A stretch of 38,857 nt of DNA from Rickettsiales bacterium (GCA_947503755.1 CANNFC010000002.1:1-38857); one strand, 5' to 3'. Counted from the first letter of the stretch, positions 17,460 to 28,365 are shown. Notes: a model not told the origin generated them from the letters alone. A program made the numbers and translations.

Positions 17460-18439
17460 ACAAAAATATTCTAGCTATCGGCAATGCTATCACCGATATT
17501 GTTTGCAATGTCGATAAACAATTTTTGCTTGATAGCGGTTTAGTTGAAGGCTCGATGTGCTTGATAGAGCAAAATCAAGCCAAAAAATTTGCCGATCTAC
17601 TTAGCCCAAACATAATTTTAGCGGGCGGTTCTGCTGGAAATACCGCTGCAACTCTTGGTTTGTTTGGTGTGGCAACGAGTTTTTTTGGAGTGCTTGGTGC
17701 CGATAATTATGCTGATAGTTTTGTTGCTTCTTTGCAAGAAAATGGGGTTGATTTTATCGGAAAAAACCTTGCTAATCAAGTTTCGGCAAGCTCTTTTATT
17801 TTGGTAAGCGAAAGTGGCGAAAGAACCATGGCAACCCATTTGGCTTCTGCTTGCGATTTTGCAATTGCTGATATGCAAAAAATTGCTTGGCAAAATTTTC
17901 ATACCATCTATATTGAAGGCTATTTATACGATAAACCAAGCACCATAAAAGCTATTAACTATGCCATCAAGCAGGCTTTGCAACACAACATTAAATTGGC
18001 TTTTTCTTTATCTGATTTATTTTGTGTAAATCGCCATAAGCAAGATTTTTTAAATTTATTGCCAAAGCTAAATTTATTGTTTGCCAACAAGCTTGAAATT
18101 GCCAATTTATGCTCTAATCAGCAATTTAGTTTAAGCGAAATTCAGCAGTTTTGTCAAATTAATCCAAAGCTTACCATTGTTATCACCGATAGTGGCAATG
18201 GTTGTTTCGTGGTCAATAATCAACAAATTATTCAGGTGCCAACCGATAACATCAAGCCTCTTGACACCACGGGGGCTGGCGATATTTTTGCCTCTGGTTT
18301 TTTATATGGTTTACAACAAAATTATAACTTATTGGAATCGGCAAAATTTGCAAATTTTTTAGCAGGAAAAATCATCACACAATATGGGGCTAGATTTAAT
18401 CATCAGCAAATAACCGAAATAAAATCTTATGCAAAATAA
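17456..18439 (+). CDS. PfkB-family carbohydrate/adenosine kinase
   Basis: IGNAITD, GGSAGNT, GERTMATHL, DTTGAGDIFASGF. Confidence 0.92.
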   Translation: MNKNILAIGNAITDIVCNVDKQFLLDSGLVEGSMCLIEQNQAKKFADLLSPNIILAGGSAGNTAATLGLFGVATSFFGVLGADNYADSFVASLQENGVDFIGKNLANQVSASSFILVSESGERTMATHLASACDFAIADMQKIAWQNFHTIYIEGYLYDKPSTIKAINYAIKQALQHNIKLAFSLSDLFCVNRHKQDFLNLLPKLNLLFANKLEIANLCSNQQFSLSEIQQFCQINPKLTIVITDSGNGCFVVNNQQIIQVPTDNIKPLDTTGAGDIFASGFLYGLQQNYNLLESAKFANFLAGKIITQYGARFNHQQITEIKSYAK

Positions 18440-19874
18440 TAATTTTTTATGGTCTAGCGATAGCTTAAATATTGCTCTAAACGATTTTTTGCTTGCAAAA
18501 ATTACCAACCATATTTTGGCAACAGAAATTTTTTTAGATAGTCGCAAAATAGTTGTTGATGGTATTTTTTTGGCAATTAGCGGTCAAAATTTTGATGGTC
18601 ATAATTTTGTTGAATCCGCTCTAAATAATGGGGCAAAAGTAGCAATTGTCAGCGATACAAACAACTTAACTCATCTTGATGCAAGCCGATTGGTTGTTGT
18701 AAAAAACACTATGCAGGCTTTATCTGCCTTGGCAGCATATAAAAGAAAACAAACTACTGCCAAAATTATTGCCATCACAGGTAGCATAGGCAAAACCAGC
18801 ACAAAAGAGATGTTGCAATTGTCTTTAAATTCTGTTGGCAAAACTTATTTTAGCAAAGGTAATTTTAACAATCACATTGGTCTGCCTCTTTCTTTGGCGA
18901 ATATGCCTAATGATTGCGATTATGCTATTTTTGAAATGGGTATGAATCATGCCAACGAAATTAAACCGCTATCGCAATTAGCCAAGCCAGATATTGTCAT
19001 CATCACCACCATAAAACCAGTGCATATCGAGTTTTTTAACAACGAACAAGAAATTGCTTTGGCAAAAGCCGAAATTTTTGCTGGTCTAAATAAAAATTTT
19101 GGACAAGTGTTGATTAATAAAAACAATCTGCATTATCAATTTTTATATGAGCAAGCCCTGCAATATGGCATTTCTCCTGCTCATATTTTTAGTTTTAGCG
19201 ACGATCTTTCTGTTGAGGCAGATTATACAATTACAAATGCCAAAATTAACAACATCAATAGCTGTCAAATTGTTGCAAAGCATCAAAAACATTCTTTCAA
19301 TTATCAATTAAACAGCATCAATCAAAGCATTATTAGCAACTCAATTATTATTGTGGCTTGTTTGCATTTGCTAAAAATCAATTTAGATCTTGCTTTAAAA
19401 ACATTAGAAACTTTCAGCAATTCTGCTGGTCGGGGCAAATTAATTACTTTATCTTGTTTGCAAAAAGAGTTGTTTGTGTTAGATGACACCTACAATGCTA
19501 GTACTGCTTCTATGAAATCTGGCATTCTTGATGCAAAAAATTATCAACAAATTTTGCAAAATGATCGTCTAATTTTGATTTTAGGCGATATGCTAGAGTT
19601 GGGAGAAAAATCTTTAGAGCTTCATCAAGAGGTGCTTGATTTTGCTTTGCAACAAAAACCAGATCTATTAATTTTAGTAGGCAAGAATTTTACAAAATCT
19701 ATTGCAAATTATGTTGCAAAATTACAAAATACTAATTTAATTGTTTATTCTAACTCTAATTTAATTGCTTGTAGTATATTTGGCTTGTTGCAAAACAAAG
19801 ACTTTATTTATATTAAAGGTTCTAGGGGTATAAAAATGGAAAATATCATTAATTATTTAACTTCTCTATGCTAA
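18429..19874 (+). CDS. murF: UDP-N-acetylmuramoyl-tripeptide--D-Ala-D-Ala ligase
   Basis: ITGSIGKTSTKE, NFNNHIGLPL, EMGMNH, DDTYNA, GDMLELG, KGSRG. Confidence 0.96.
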   Translation: MQNNNFLWSSDSLNIALNDFLLAKITNHILATEIFLDSRKIVVDGIFLAISGQNFDGHNFVESALNNGAKVAIVSDTNNLTHLDASRLVVVKNTMQALSALAAYKRKQTTAKIIAITGSIGKTSTKEMLQLSLNSVGKTYFSKGNFNNHIGLPLSLANMPNDCDYAIFEMGMNHANEIKPLSQLAKPDIVIITTIKPVHIEFFNNEQEIALAKAEIFAGLNKNFGQVLINKNNLHYQFLYEQALQYGISPAHIFSFSDDLSVEADYTITNAKINNINSCQIVAKHQKHSFNYQLNSINQSIISNSIIIVACLHLLKINLDLALKTLETFSNSAGRGKLITLSCLQKELFVLDDTYNASTASMKSGILDAKNYQQILQNDRLILILGDMLELGEKSLELHQEVLDFALQQKPDLLILVGKNFTKSIANYVAKLQNTNLIVYSNSNLIACSIFGLLQNKDFIYIKGSRGIKMENIINYLTSLC

Positions 19875-20920
19875 ACGGTTTAGAAATAATGCAAATCGCC
19901 TGGATGAAGAGTTTCTATTGCTTTCTTTTTGCTTATATTGTTGCCTTTTTTGGCATTAAAGAATATATTAAAATTGTTAAAGCAAAAAAGTTATTTCAGC
20001 CAATAAGAAACGACGGCCCGCAACAGCATTTAGCCAACAAAAAATCAACTCCAACTATGGGTGGCATTTTTATTGTTTTGGCAACTTTGCTTACTACTAT
20101 TGTTTTTATCGATATAACTAATCAATATATTTTAATTTTATTAACAACAATGCTCTTTTTTGCTGGCATTGGCTTGATTGACGATGTATTAAAAGTGTTT
20201 AAAAATAACCCCAAAGGTTTTGCAGGTAAATATAAAATTATTTTGCAATTTATAATGATCGGCTTGGTTTTTTTGTGGTTGGGAAAGGTGAATAATTTAC
20301 ATTTAAGTCCGCAAATTAATTTACCATTTCATCTTGATACACAAATTTTGCTACCATTATTTTTATACATTATTTTTGTTAATTTTGTTGTAGTTGGTTC
20401 TGCGAATTCAGTAAATTTAACAGACGGTTTAGATGGCTTGGTTTCGGTGCCTGTGGTCATTAATTTATTGTGTTTAGTGCTGATTGTTTTTGCTGTTGGC
20501 AACCCACTTTTTGCTTTTAAATTAAACATTATGCACATTAATAATATCAAAGAAATTATCTTTTTTTGTTATGCTCTTATTGGGGCGGTTTTGGCATTTT
20601 TAAGTTTTAATCATAAACCGGCAAAAATTTTTATGGGCGATGTGGGTAGTTTGGCGATTGGTTCTGTTTTGGGCTTGATTGCTATCATTATCAAACAAGA
20701 AATTATTTTTTTCATTATTTCTTTGCTTTTTGTGTTAGAAGCAATATCGGTAATTTTACAGGTTTCTTCTTATAAATTAACCAAAAAAAGAATTTTTTTG
20801 ATGGCTCCACTTCATCATCATTTCGAAAAATTAGGCTGGTCAGAAACCAAAGTGGTGAGAAAATTTTGGCTAATGTCTTTATTATTTGCCATTCTAGGAT
20901 TAACTTTATTTTTTAATTAA
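19868..20920 (+). CDS. mraY: Phospho-N-acetylmuramoyl-pentapeptide transferase
   Basis: [35 protein letters not shown]. Confidence 0.97.
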   Translation: MLNGLEIMQIAWMKSFYCFLFAYIVAFFGIKEYIKIVKAKKLFQPIRNDGPQQHLANKKSTPTMGGIFIVLATLLTTIVFIDITNQYILILLTTMLFFAGIGLIDDVLKVFKNNPKGFAGKYKIILQFIMIGLVFLWLGKVNNLHLSPQINLPFHLDTQILLPLFLYIIFVNFVVVGSANSVNLTDGLDGLVSVPVVINLLCLVLIVFAVGNPLFAFKLNIMHINNIKEIIFFCYALIGAVLAFLSFNHKPAKIFMGDVGSLAIGSVLGLIAIIIKQEIIFFIISLLFVLEAISVILQVSSYKLTKKRIFLMAPLHHHFEKLGWSETKVVRKFWLMSLLFAILGLTLFFN

Positions 20921-20925
20921 ACTAT

Positions 20926-22212
20926 ATGTCTCAAACTGTTAAATTAATTCTGCCAAACAATCAAGAAATAATTTTACCAATTCATCAGCCTTCTATTGGG
21001 CAAAGTGTGATTGACATCACTTCTCTTTACAAAGAAACCGGTATGTTTACTTACGATCCTGGTTTTTTGTCAACCGCTTCTTGCGAATCAAAAATAACCT
21101 ACATCGACGGCGAAAAAGGTTTGTTAAGACATGGTGGTTATGACATCGAAGATTTAGCTAAAAATAGCGAATATTTAGAAGTTGCTTATTTGCTTTTAAA
21201 CCAAAAATTACCAAATAAAGAACAATATCAAAAGTTCTGCCAATCGGTAAAAAATAATATGTTGGTTCACGAGCAACTCAATATTTTATATCGAGGCTTC
21301 CCCAGAAAAGCCCATCCAATGGCAATTATGGTGGGTGCAGTGGCTTCTTTATCTGCTTTTTATCATGAAACTGTCGATGTTTCTAATGCCGATGGCAGAG
21401 ACGATGTTGCCTATAAAATTATTGCGAAAATGCCAACTTTGGCAGCTATGGCCTATAAATATTCTATTGGTGAGCCAATAATCTACCCTAGGCACGATCT
21501 TGGTTTTGCCGAAAACTTTTTGCATATGCTTTTTGCTAAACCAACTCACTACTACAAAGTAAGCCCAACTATCGCCAAAGCAATGGAGATAATCTTTATT
21601 TTGCATGCCGATCATGAGCAAAATGCTTCTACCTCTACCGTAAGGCTTGCAGGCTCTTCTGGTGCCAATCCTTTTGCTTGCATTGGTGCTGGCATTTCTT
21701 CTTTGTGGGGTCCAGCGCACGGCGGAGCCAATGAAGAAGTGATAGAAATGTTGCAAGAAATTAACAGCATCAACAACATTCCTCACTACATTGCCAAAGC
21801 AAAAGATAAAAACGATCCATTTCGTTTAATGGGTTTTGGTCATCGAGTCTATAAAAACTACGATCCAAGAGCCTCGGTGTTAAAAAAATCTTGCTATGAA
21901 GTTTTAGGAGAATTGGGGGTAAAAGATCCGCTTCTAGATATCGCTCTTGAACTAGAAAAAATAGCTTTAAACGACGATTATTTTATTTCTAGAAAATTAT
22001 TTCCTAATGTCGATTTTTATTCTGGCATTATCTATAAAGCCCTCGGCATTCCAAACAACTTATTTACAGTGATTTTTGCCATTGCCAGAAGTGCTGGCTG
22101 GATAGCTCAATGGAAAGAAATGATCGAAGATAAAGCCTTTAAAATAGGCAGACCAAGACAGCTTTATACAGGATCGGTGCAAAATAGTTATTTACCAATT
22201 GAAAATAGATAA
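20926..22212 (+). CDS. gltA: Citrate synthase (type II)
   Basis: [53 protein letters not shown]. Confidence 0.98.
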   Translation: MSQTVKLILPNNQEIILPIHQPSIGQSVIDITSLYKETGMFTYDPGFLSTASCESKITYIDGEKGLLRHGGYDIEDLAKNSEYLEVAYLLLNQKLPNKEQYQKFCQSVKNNMLVHEQLNILYRGFPRKAHPMAIMVGAVASLSAFYHETVDVSNADGRDDVAYKIIAKMPTLAAMAYKYSIGEPIIYPRHDLGFAENFLHMLFAKPTHYYKVSPTIAKAMEIIFILHADHEQNASTSTVRLAGSSGANPFACIGAGISSLWGPAHGGANEEVIEMLQEINSINNIPHYIAKAKDKNDPFRLMGFGHRVYKNYDPRASVLKKSCYEVLGELGVKDPLLDIALELEKIALNDDYFISRKLFPNVDFYSGIIYKALGIPNNLFTVIFAIARSAGWIAQWKEMIEDKAFKIGRPRQLYTGSVQNSYLPIENR

Positions 22213-22215
22213 AAA

Positions 22216-24792
22216 ATGTCCTTAAATTTTTCTGTTTTACAAGAATATTTCAAAAAATTAAAATCTAAAAAAACAGAAAAATCTAGTGCTGGTAATGCTA
22301 AAAAAAAGCCCTTAGAACAAGAACAATATAACTTTTTACCTTTTGTTTCGCATTACAATCAAAACACCATCATCACCAAAAACGGCGAGTTAATTCAAGT
22401 AATTAGATTGGTTGGTTATAATAATTCTTCCATTTTACACGAGTTAACCAACCTACGCGATTCTATTCGCTATGCTTTAAAAACTTATGTTGACACCAAC
22501 AATATCGCTATCTGGATTACCACTATTAGAAGAAGAAAAAATATTTCACCCGAAGGAGATTTTGATAATTATTTTACTAAAAAAATTAACGACTTTTGGG
22601 AAGAAAAAAACAATTGGCATAACGATTTTATCAACGAGCTATACATTAGCATTGTCATTGAAGGCTTTGATACTTCGGTGGTTAATTTTAAAACTTTTTT
22701 CTCTTCTTTTTCTTATTTTACCACCAAGTTTGCCCACCAGAAATATCTAGAAAATTCTCATCAAAAACTAAATAATATTTGCAATCAAATTGTCGATTTT
22801 TTATGCGATCATGGGGCGAAAAAACTTGGTTTAATTGAATGGAATGAGGTTGTTTATTCCGAAATTATGCGATTTTTTGGTAAAATTTGCAATTTACAAG
22901 AAGATTATTATCCGCTAGTTACTAACGAAATTTGTCAAGAAATATCACAAAATAAAGTGATTTTTGGGGGCAGACAAATTGAGGTCAACACCAATAAAGG
23001 CAAAAGTTTTTCGGCAATGTTTAGTTTAAAAGAATATTTCGATCTCAATCTTCGTTCTTTAGATAAAATTTTGCAACTACCGTGCGAGTTTATTATTTCG
23101 CAATCGCTTGATTTTTTTGCTGATAAAAAAAATATTACCCAAGTAAAAAAAGATCAATACGAGGTTTTAAAACTCTCGGAAAGTCTAGATTTTGCCAAAG
23201 TAATTGGCTTAGATAAATATATTGCTTTTGACGACGGCAATAAAAAAGAATCAACACCAGAAGAAACAGAAGACAAAGAAAAAATAGTTTTTGCCAAAAT
23301 ACAAACAACTATTATGATAATCAACAATGTATTAAAAAATCTCGAAGAAGATGTTAAATTAATTACCGAGCAATTTCGTTTTTTAGGTGTGCCAATCATT
23401 CGAGAAGATATTTTTTTAGAACATTGTTTTTGGTCTCAATTGCCTGCCAATTTTATTTTTTTAAAACGTCAAAAAATCGCTCCTCTTAGCTATTTTGCTA
23501 CTTTTTCTACTCTACATTCTTTTTCTTCTGGTAAGTTAAATGGCAATTCTTGGGGCCCTGCCATCGCAACTTTTCGCACCATTATGAAAAACCCCTATTT
23601 TTTTAATTTTCATTACGATTCGTTTGGCAATACTTTGGTTTTTGGCAATAAAAATTCTGGCAAAAGAGCTATCACCAATTTTTTGCTTGCCCAAGCAAAA
23701 AGAATCAACCATAGCTTGTTTTATTTTGATTTTAACAACAACAATTTACCTTTTATTTCGGCTTTGTCGGGCGAAAGTTTTTATTTGCCTTTGCCAAGTA
23801 AAAGAAATATTTCTTATTTAGAGCAAAAACTCGCTCTTAATCCGTTATTTTTAGAAGATAACAACACCAATCATCGTTTTTTATCAGAATTTTTGTTTAG
23901 TATTTTGGCAAATAATAGCAAAAATATCACCGAACAGCACAGAATAATCATCAATCAAAAGCTTGACATTGCTATTGATAATAAAATAACTGATTTTTTG
24001 CAGTTAAAAGATTTATTTCAAGAAGAACAAGATATTTGGCAAGCATTTAACAATTTAGAGCTTACAAGTTTTTATGATATTTTTAATCACCAAAGCGAAA
24101 TAAACTGGCAAAATCCCAATTTAGCCTTTAATTTAAGCGAAATCCTGCCCGATCAAACTATGTTTAGTTTTGTTTTGCAATATTTACTGCATAAAATTAT
24201 CGAAATGTCTTCTGAAAATAAAGTTATTGCTGTTTTTCGCGATCCTTTACAAATGCTTACCAATGGCTATTTAGAGCAGATATTTTTTAAATTCTGTGAA
24301 AATCTAGAAAAAAAGTTTGGTATTACGGTTTTTATTGTTGATGATGAAGAAAAAAATGTGCAAAATAGCTTGCTTGCAAAAATCAACGATATCAGTCATA
24401 CCAAAATTATTGGTGCCATAAATTCTGATCCTCAAAATATTGCCAAAGCTCTTAATTTAAGCGAAGAAGAGGCGAAAATCGCTCCTTATATTGGCGATCA
24501 GCCAGAAAAAACTTTCTTGCTAAAAAATGATTTTGATTCGGTTTTTGTTAATTTTGAATTAAAAAATCATTTACCAATATTAAAAATTTTATCTTCTTCG
24601 CCAGAAGAAATCTCTATTATTGAAGAAATTATGCAACAAGCAGAAAATAAAAATCCACAAGAATGGCTTGATAATTTTTTTGAAATCGTCGACATTTTAG
24701 AGCAAGAAAAACAAGAATCTATTAAGCAAGCTAAAAAAGCCGAAAATGTTAGAAAGGCAAAAATTAGCAAAGCTAGTAGATATATCGATTAA
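22216..24792 (+). CDS. virB4: VirB4-like T4SS protein with degenerate ATPase motifs (RvhB4-II-like)
   Basis: LPFVSHYNQNTIITKNGELIQVI, FWSQLPANF, NSWGPAI...PYFFNFH; Walker A reads GNKNSGKR and the Walker B position reads IAVFRDP. Confidence 0.9.
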   Translation: MSLNFSVLQEYFKKLKSKKTEKSSAGNAKKKPLEQEQYNFLPFVSHYNQNTIITKNGELIQVIRLVGYNNSSILHELTNLRDSIRYALKTYVDTNNIAIWITTIRRRKNISPEGDFDNYFTKKINDFWEEKNNWHNDFINELYISIVIEGFDTSVVNFKTFFSSFSYFTTKFAHQKYLENSHQKLNNICNQIVDFLCDHGAKKLGLIEWNEVVYSEIMRFFGKICNLQEDYYPLVTNEICQEISQNKVIFGGRQIEVNTNKGKSFSAMFSLKEYFDLNLRSLDKILQLPCEFIISQSLDFFADKKNITQVKKDQYEVLKLSESLDFAKVIGLDKYIAFDDGNKKESTPEETEDKEKIVFAKIQTTIMIINNVLKNLEEDVKLITEQFRFLGVPIIREDIFLEHCFWSQLPANFIFLKRQKIAPLSYFATFSTLHSFSSGKLNGNSWGPAIATFRTIMKNPYFFNFHYDSFGNTLVFGNKNSGKRAITNFLLAQAKRINHSLFYFDFNNNNLPFISALSGESFYLPLPSKRNISYLEQKLALNPLFLEDNNTNHRFLSEFLFSILANNSKNITEQHRIIINQKLDIAIDNKITDFLQLKDLFQEEQDIWQAFNNLELTSFYDIFNHQSEINWQNPNLAFNLSEILPDQTMFSFVLQYLLHKIIEMSSENKVIAVFRDPLQMLTNGYLEQIFFKFCENLEKKFGITVFIVDDEEKNVQNSLLAKINDISHTKIIGAINSDPQNIAKALNLSEEEAKIAPYIGDQPEKTFLLKNDFDSVFVNFELKNHLPILKILSSSPEEISIIEEIMQQAENKNPQEWLDNFFEIVDILEQEKQESIKQAKKAENVRKAKISKASRYID

Positions 24793-24816
24793 TACCATCT
24801 TTTAAATTATAACACT

Positions 24817-25500
24817 ATGGATCAAGCCAAAATTGCTCTTGCTTTAAAAATCAATAAAAAAAACAACTTGTGGGCAGAAGAAATGGCGAAAGTTTTGCCA
24901 AATTATCATATCGACAGCAATATTAGATTGGCACATTTTTTGGCACAAATCTGCCACGAAAGCAATTATTGTTTGCAACTTGCTGAAAATCTTAATTATA
25001 CTGATGTTGCTTTGCTTAAACTGTGGCCAAAATATTTTAACAATAATTTAGCCAGTCAATATGGCAGAAACAACAATCATTCTGCCAATCAAGAAGCTAT
25101 TGCGAGCATTGCATATGCCAACCGTTTAGGCAATGGCGATGTGGCAAGTAAAGATGGCTATAAATATCGAGGAAGGGGCTTGATTCAGATTACTGGCAAA
25201 GCGAATTATCAGCAATTGTCGCAACATTTGTTTGGCAACAACGATTTATTAAATAACCCAGATTTATTAAGCAATAACAAAGAAATTAGCATAAAATCGG
25301 CTTGTTGGTTTTGGCAAAAAAATAATTTGAATACCTTGGCAGATCAAGAAAACATTGTTGCCATCACCAAAATAATCAACGGCGGTCAAAATGGCTTGCA
25401 AGATCGCCAAAAAATTTTACAAGAGATGGAAAAAATATTCACAGTAACTGCCTGTGTTGTTGACAAAAATTATCAATTTTCTTTGCCAAATGAAAATTAA
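24817..25500 (+). CDS. Glycoside hydrolase family 19 (lysozyme/endolysin-type)
   Basis: LAHFLAQICHES, ENLNY, YANRLGNG, YRGRGLIQITGKANY, SACWFW, TKIINGG. Confidence 0.92.
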   Translation: MDQAKIALALKINKKNNLWAEEMAKVLPNYHIDSNIRLAHFLAQICHESNYCLQLAENLNYTDVALLKLWPKYFNNNLASQYGRNNNHSANQEAIASIAYANRLGNGDVASKDGYKYRGRGLIQITGKANYQQLSQHLFGNNDLLNNPDLLSNNKEISIKSACWFWQKNNLNTLADQENIVAITKIINGGQNGLQDRQKILQEMEKIFTVTACVVDKNYQFSLPNEN

Positions 25501-25954
25501 CATTATTACCGTAGGCAAATTTGACGATATGGGCTACCAAATTGCTTTTGAGAATTATCTGAAAAGAATAAAATTATATAAAGTAGAATTAAAAGAAATT
25601 AACCTAAAATTCAGCAAAAATCACGAAATAGCCAAGATAAAACAACAAGAACAAGAAGCGATTTTACAATATTGCAAACCGCACAGCACCAATATTTTAC
25701 TTGATGAAACAGGTAAAGCACTTTCTAGTAAGCAGTTTGCTAATTATTTACAGCAACAAATGATGTTAACCTCTGAACTTAACTTTATTATCGGCGGAGC
25801 TTTTGGGGTGAGTGATTATTTAAAGCAAAACACTAGTTTAATTTGGTCGTTAAGTTTGCTTACTTTGCCTCATTTGTTGGTAAGAACTTTGCTGTGCGAA
25901 CAAATTTTTCGAGCCCAAACAATTATTAACAATCATCCTTATCATAAAATTTAA
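25490..25954 (+). CDS. rlmH: 23S rRNA m3psi1915 methyltransferase
   Basis: Start re-called at ATG 25490 (MKINIITVGK); LDETGK..SS, FIIGGAFG, LPHLLVR..L.EQIFRA, HPYHK. Confidence 0.95.
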   Translation: MKINIITVGKFDDMGYQIAFENYLKRIKLYKVELKEINLKFSKNHEIAKIKQQEQEAILQYCKPHSTNILLDETGKALSSKQFANYLQQQMMLTSELNFIIGGAFGVSDYLKQNTSLIWSLSLLTLPHLLVRTLLCEQIFRAQTIINNHPYHKI

Positions 25955-25965
25955 ACGAAGTTTAT

Positions 25966-25996
25966 TAAATGCCCCTTCCACGGGAAGGGGCATTTA
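25966..25996. terminator. 14-bp GC-rich stem-loop between convergent rlmH and lipB (bidirectional terminator / REP-like)
   Basis: taaatgccccttcc-acg-ggaaggggcattta. Confidence 0.75.
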
Positions 25997-26042
25997 GATC
26001 GAACACCGCTTGACACTTCGCACCAAAAGATGAAAAATGGTA

Positions 26043-26705
26043 TTAGGGGTTTCTTTTATGAAAAGTATGGTAAAAACTATTTTGAAGGAGCTGATTGAAA
26101 TTTTCTAGATTGCAATTTGGTTGAAGTTGCTTGATAGAAGTAACTCCATATTGTTGCCAAGATAAGCCACAAGGCACGATGTTGTGAAAATATTTTAGAT
26201 CTGGATCAATATTGATGGCGATGCCATGGTAACTAACCCACTTTCTTAGCTTAATGCCGATGGCAGAAATTTTTTGTTCTTGATGGCTATTTTGCACCCA
26301 CAAGCCCACACGATCTGGTCGAGTTTCGGCAAAAATATTAAATTGTTGTAAAGTATCAATAATCCACTGTTGTAAAAAATGCACAAAACTAGCGATATCG
26401 GGGTTTTTTGGTGAAAAAAAATGTTTTAGATCTAGCAAAACATAAACAATTTTTATGCCTGGACCATGGTAGGTGTATTTGCCACCGCGATTGGTTTCAT
26501 AAATAGGAATTTCGGCAGAATTATTAAGCAGATCTGTTGGTTTAGAGCTGATGCCGGCAGTGTAGAGATGAGGATGTTCTAAAACCCAAATTTGACTTTT
26601 TGCTTGTTTATTAATGATTAAATTGACCTGCTCTTCCATTTTGTTGATGGTTTCTTGATAGGGCAGGGGCTGATTAAAAAAAAGCCATTCTAAATCAAGA
26701 TTCAT
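26043..26705 (-). CDS. lipB: Lipoyl(octanoyl) transferase
   Basis: Start re-called at ATG 26705, overlapping the crcB stop; LEHPHLYTAG, RGGKYTYHGPG, KISAIG, HGIAIN, IVPCG. Confidence 0.95.
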   Translation of the reverse strand: MNLDLEWLFFNQPLPYQETINKMEEQVNLIINKQAKSQIWVLEHPHLYTAGISSKPTDLLNNSAEIPIYETNRGGKYTYHGPGIKIVYVLLDLKHFFSPKNPDIASFVHFLQQWIIDTLQQFNIFAETRPDRVGLWVQNSHQEQKISAIGIKLRKWVSYHGIAINIDPDLKYFHNIVPCGLSWQQYGVTSIKQLQPNCNLENFNQLLQNSFYHTFHKRNP

Positions 26706-27100
26706 AACTTGGTAACGAGATAATAGCCAGCAAACATTGCTAGAATTGAAAAAAATAAAGAAGAAAAAGTATAAATTAGAGCTTGCCAATATTGATTTGC
26801 CAAAAAAAGACGTAAAAAATCGAGCGAAAAAGCAGAAAAAGTGGTAAAACCGCCCAATAAACCAACCAAAAAAAAAGTTTTAAGATTGTAGTGATTTAAA
26901 TGATAATTAAAAAAAGCAAAAGCAAGACCAGCTATAAAACAGCCAAGAACATTAATAAAAAAAGTGGCAAACGGAAAAGAAGAATAACCAATTAACAAAG
27001 AATTAGTTTTGGTGTGATAAGTAAAATACCAGCCCAGCAAAAACCGCAAACAAGAGCCAAGAGCTCCGCCAATTGCCACAAGAAAAAGAGTTAAAACCAT
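26702..27100 (-). CDS. crcB: Fluoride channel Fluc/CrcB
   Basis: GGALGSCLR, FPFATFFINVLGCF, GLLGGFTTFSAF. Confidence 0.95.
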   Translation of the reverse strand: MVLTLFLVAIGGALGSCLRFLLGWYFTYHTKTNSLLIGYSSFPFATFFINVLGCFIAGLAFAFFNYHLNHYNLKTFFLVGLLGGFTTFSAFSLDFLRLFLANQYWQALIYTFSSLFFSILAMFAGYYLVTKL

Positions 27101-27106
27101 AGAAAA

Positions 27107-28333
27107 TTAAATAATTTTTGCCCCTTCAAAACTTTGTAAAATATTCTTGACAAGCTCGGTGTTGAGATTGTTTTGTTCTGCATTTGTATGATTTAGGTTG
27201 TTAAAATCAAGCAAAGTTTGTTTGAGATCGGGCAACGATAAAATGTGCACAATTTTAATGAGCATAATTTCAAAAGCAAGGGCAGGAAGCAAGGCTGTGT
27301 TGATTTCGTGAATAGATTTATTGATTAACTGCCAACAGCGAAGTAAATGATTAAGGTTTGTTTGATGGGCGATTTGTTTGACGGTGGCGAGTTGACTTTG
27401 GCTATAATTGAAGTTGCTTGCAATATTGAGTTTGCTGATGCAAATATTGTGAATAATTTCTAATAAATCTTTGACAATAATAATTAAATCGCTGTTGCTT
27501 TGTTGAATTTGGTGAAAAATTATTAACGATTCGTTGATGTTGCCTTGCAATAAAGCCGAAATTAGGGCTAGATTTTGATCTTGGTTGTTGGCACCAAGCA
27601 TTTCGGCAACAACAGAAGTTGGTAAAAATTGTGTGTAGGCATTAATTGCCAAGGCTTGATCTAAAAAAGACAAAGCATCTCGCACCGAGCCTTCTGATAT
27701 TTTGGCAATGATTTGCAAGGCCGATTCTTCGGCGGTGAAGTTTTCTTGTTGTAAAATTTTTTGTAGATGATTTACCATATCGGCAGAACTTAATCGAGAG
27801 AGATTAAATTTTTGACAACGCGAAAGAATGGTTTGTGGCACATCGCGAATTTCGGTGGTAGCCAAAATAAATTTAACATGGGTTGGTGGTTCTTCTAGCA
27901 GTTTTAGCAAGCAATTAAAAGCTTCTTCGGTAAGCATATGCACTTCATCGATGATATAAACCTTATATTTGGCAAATATCGGCGAATAAATTGCGGTGGC
28001 AATTAGCTCGCGTATGTCGTCGATGCGACGATGATCTGCGGCATTAATTTCGATGACATCTGGATGCTGTGATTTGCTGATGTCAAGGCAGTTTTTGCAT
28101 TTACCGCAAGCCATGGCGGTGTTTTGCATGCTGATGTCAAGGCAATTGATGGTTTTGGCAATGATGCGTGCAGTGGTGGTTTTGCCGATGCCACGAATGC
28201 CACATAAGATATAGGCTTGATGCAGTTTGTTGTGAATGATGGCATTGGTTAGAGTGGTGGTTAAAACTTCTTGCCCAACGAGTTCGCCAAAATTTTGGGG
28301 GCGATATTTTCTAGCTAAAACTAAATAAGACAT
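27107..28333 (-). CDS. dnaX: DNA polymerase III subunit gamma/tau
   Basis: LARKYRP, GIRGIGKTT, Zn-binding Cys cluster, IIDEVHML, LEEPP, SRC. Confidence 0.97.
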   Translation of the reverse strand: MSYLVLARKYRPQNFGELVGQEVLTTTLTNAIIHNKLHQAYILCGIRGIGKTTTARIIAKTINCLDISMQNTAMACGKCKNCLDISKSQHPDVIEINAADHRRIDDIRELIATAIYSPIFAKYKVYIIDEVHMLTEEAFNCLLKLLEEPPTHVKFILATTEIRDVPQTILSRCQKFNLSRLSSADMVNHLQKILQQENFTAEESALQIIAKISEGSVRDALSFLDQALAINAYTQFLPTSVVAEMLGANNQDQNLALISALLQGNINESLIIFHQIQQSNSDLIIIVKDLLEIIHNICISKLNIASNFNYSQSQLATVKQIAHQTNLNHLLRCWQLINKSIHEINTALLPALAFEIMLIKIVHILSLPDLKQTLLDFNNLNHTNAEQNNLNTELVKNILQSFEGAKII

Positions 28334-28365
28334 AATTTTTTTAGTGCAAATGGTGGTGCAAATGT

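Noticed and set aside
24817-25500. Prophage remnant around the GH19 gene
   Set aside because: It is flanked tightly by virB4 and rlmH, with no holin, structural or integrase genes.
12861-26789. Track start sites for bolA (13196), rlmH (25454) and lipB (26789)
   Set aside because: These upstream extensions overlap neighbouring genes; family N-termini fit ATGs at 13097, 25490 and 26705.
27095-27110. Fluoride riboswitch upstream of crcB
   Set aside because: Only 6 bp separate the dnaX stop from the crcB start.
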